A stretch of 48,740 nucleotides of DNA, from positions 25,190,818 through 25,239,557 of the forward strand of contig NC_068986.1 in NCBI RefSeq assembly GCF_001194135.2, written 5' to 3'. A program made the position numbers and the translations under genes. The notes beneath the pieces were generated by a model. It saw only the letters and a program-made list of their open reading frames with translations. It did not search any database and was not told where the DNA came from. Position 1 is the stretch's first letter. Every line of letters starts with the position of its first letter. This DNA is from Octopus bimaculoides (taxonomy: Eukaryota). Positions 46,970 to 48,740 of the stretch are shown here, in pieces.

Positions 46970-48740
46970 TTTTCTTTATTAGGCATAAAGCCCTAAACAC
47001 AGATGCGGACACCACAAGGACAGACAAGACCACAGTGGGGACAAAAACATAAAACGAATGTAAATGGGATGAAATGATATAATAATGAAAAAAAAAAATG
47101 AAAATGGCCACACGGGCTCCACTCCCATGCGGTACCATTTGAACCATTATATGTACTATCTACAGTTGTTATTTTTGTTTTCCTACTTTATCACCATTAT
47201 TTTCCTAGAAATAAGTTCATTTAACATACATAATTTTTTCCTCTTTTGGTAGAACTTCATCATTATCAGTGGTTCAATATCTCTGAGATACACTACTGGT
47301 GGCAACTCCTTGAATTCCACCTCCACTCCTGGTGGGTCAACGCTATCTCCACACATCTCTTCCAACTTTCTGTAGTTCTCTTCTCCAATCAGTATTGCCT
47401 TCATATCCTCTGCGTTGACGTATGAAGTCACCTTCACTCTTACTATTGAATTAGACTTAATTATCTTTTTTTCTGTTTCAACATTCTTTGGGTATGTCAC
47501 ATAATACCACACTCCATCTCCTCGTATATTCTTTCCTTTATCTTGTACTTTTTGTTCTCTTTTTCCTTCCTCTATCCTAAATAATCTCTCCAACTCTCCT
47601 TCCTGCAGTTGTATTTCCGAATCTTTCTCCACTGGAACAACCGGTATCTTTACTGGTAACTCCACTTTCTTTTTACTTTCCCTTTTTTCTTCCTTCTTCC
47701 TGACCTCCATCACAGTTTCTTTTCTCACCTCTTCTCTCTTCTTTTTCTGCTTCTCTAGCGGAGAATTAATTCCTCCGCTCCTCCTTTTCTTTTTAACCAT
47801 AGTAAATCCATTCTCCGTTTCTTTTTTCTTTTTCTGCTTCTTTTTCTGTTACCATGACCTGGTCCACACTCTCCTGTCTCTCTACCTGTTCTGCATGTTG
47901 TTCTCTTTTGGCGCACCACGCCTTCATGTGGCTTCTCTCTCCACATGTGAAACGTATCGGCGGCTTCTCTCTTCATTGACTCTCAATCTTACATCTTCTG
48001 GCAACACAATCTCATCCACCATACTGTTCAAATCCTCCGTAGTTGCCTGTATTGTCAATTCAATACCATATCCCCAGTAGTTTACTTTCTGGGTCCTGGT
48101 AGCCTTCAAAACCTCCCATCTTTCATATTATACGTTATTGCTGTCATCAGCCATTCTTCCTTTTAATTCGGGTGGCACCCTACCCACTCGCACTTTGGCC
48201 ACACGTCTGCCGCAGTACGAAGGCAGGAGCCTCCATTCTTCTGACCTTATAGTCTCCATGGAGTGCTTTATTGCTTCCTCCTCTATTGTGAAGCGCACCT
48301 CCACACTGGCGTATCTCCTCCCTCTCGTAATGCATGTTGTAAATCTTTTCAACTCCTTGATACACTCTTCTATGGCTTCTATCGGCGCTATCTCTATTTT
48401 TCTTGTGGCTGTCTTCATGGTTTTAAATGTTACCCTTCTTTTTAACACGTTGGCCGATAATTCTTCAGGTGGCGTTAGCTTCAGAATATTACCTTCCTTA
48501 GTGATTAATTTATCACTCTCCTTCATCGTTCTAGGCTCCACCTTTATCTCGCGGACCTCCAACTCTTGCACGTCTACTCCTCTGCTCGTTGCGGCCGCAT
48601 AACTTGGGCCACCCTCCTGTATCTTCTCCATTTTCCCCACAATGGGGGGGGGGGAGACAACAATGAACAAATTAACAACGGCAACTGTTCTAACAACAAT
48701 GGCAACAATTTTATAAATATTTCAACATAAACTCACGCAA
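46970..48740 (-). mobile_element. Decayed non-autonomous retroelement encoding only a gag-like ORF1 (about 495 codons, 48670 to 47183); 5' end runs to or beyond the window edge
   Basis: SYAAA motif, RRM-like ASVEVRF..KVRVGRVPPEL, knuckle [R]FTCGERSHMKAWC at 47954-47913 (first Cys TGT>CGT), GFTMVKKKRR motif; at least two frameshifts plus a stop; 213-nt 3' UTR ending AATAAAGAAAA; no EN/RT. Confidence 0.7.

Noticed and set aside
16-48740. Most ORFs in the supplied track (YI/SL-repeat ORFs, ORFs through N-gaps, SINE-derived ORFs such as 40356-41075 and 43510-44255)
   Set aside because: They arise from microsatellites, gaps or non-coding repeats and lack protein-family motifs or splice support.

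Overview
AT-rich eukaryotic scaffold with six N-gaps; the SINE/LINE/MITE families present point to a coleoid cephalopod, probably Octopus (inference). It holds one complete protein-coding gene, eIF4B (+ strand, 16 coding exons, 2221-33588). I assembled it by hand into one open frame of 1905 nt (634 aa + stop) with all-GT/AG introns. The rest is repeat-derived: tRNA-headed SINE families, RTE LINE 3' fragments, mariner/pogo/piggyBac relics, and hAT, piggyBac-like and Kolobok-like MITEs. The most interesting signal is at 41.2-48.7 kb. Three otherwise unrelated retroposed sequences end in the same ~50-60 nt 3' tail with a compensatorily varying stem-loop: a Nin/Deu-type SINE, a 164-nt insert with a 22-bp TSD, and a decayed element encoding only a gag-like ORF1 with a CCHC knuckle. 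The ORF1-only element joins the SINE at almost the same nucleotide as a SINE-SINE dimer junction. Also notable: four young RTE-tail copies sit in alternating orientation in phase-1 introns of eIF4B, bracketing in-frame exon blocks. All alignments and counts were done by eye; family names are from recalled consensus features, not database searches.
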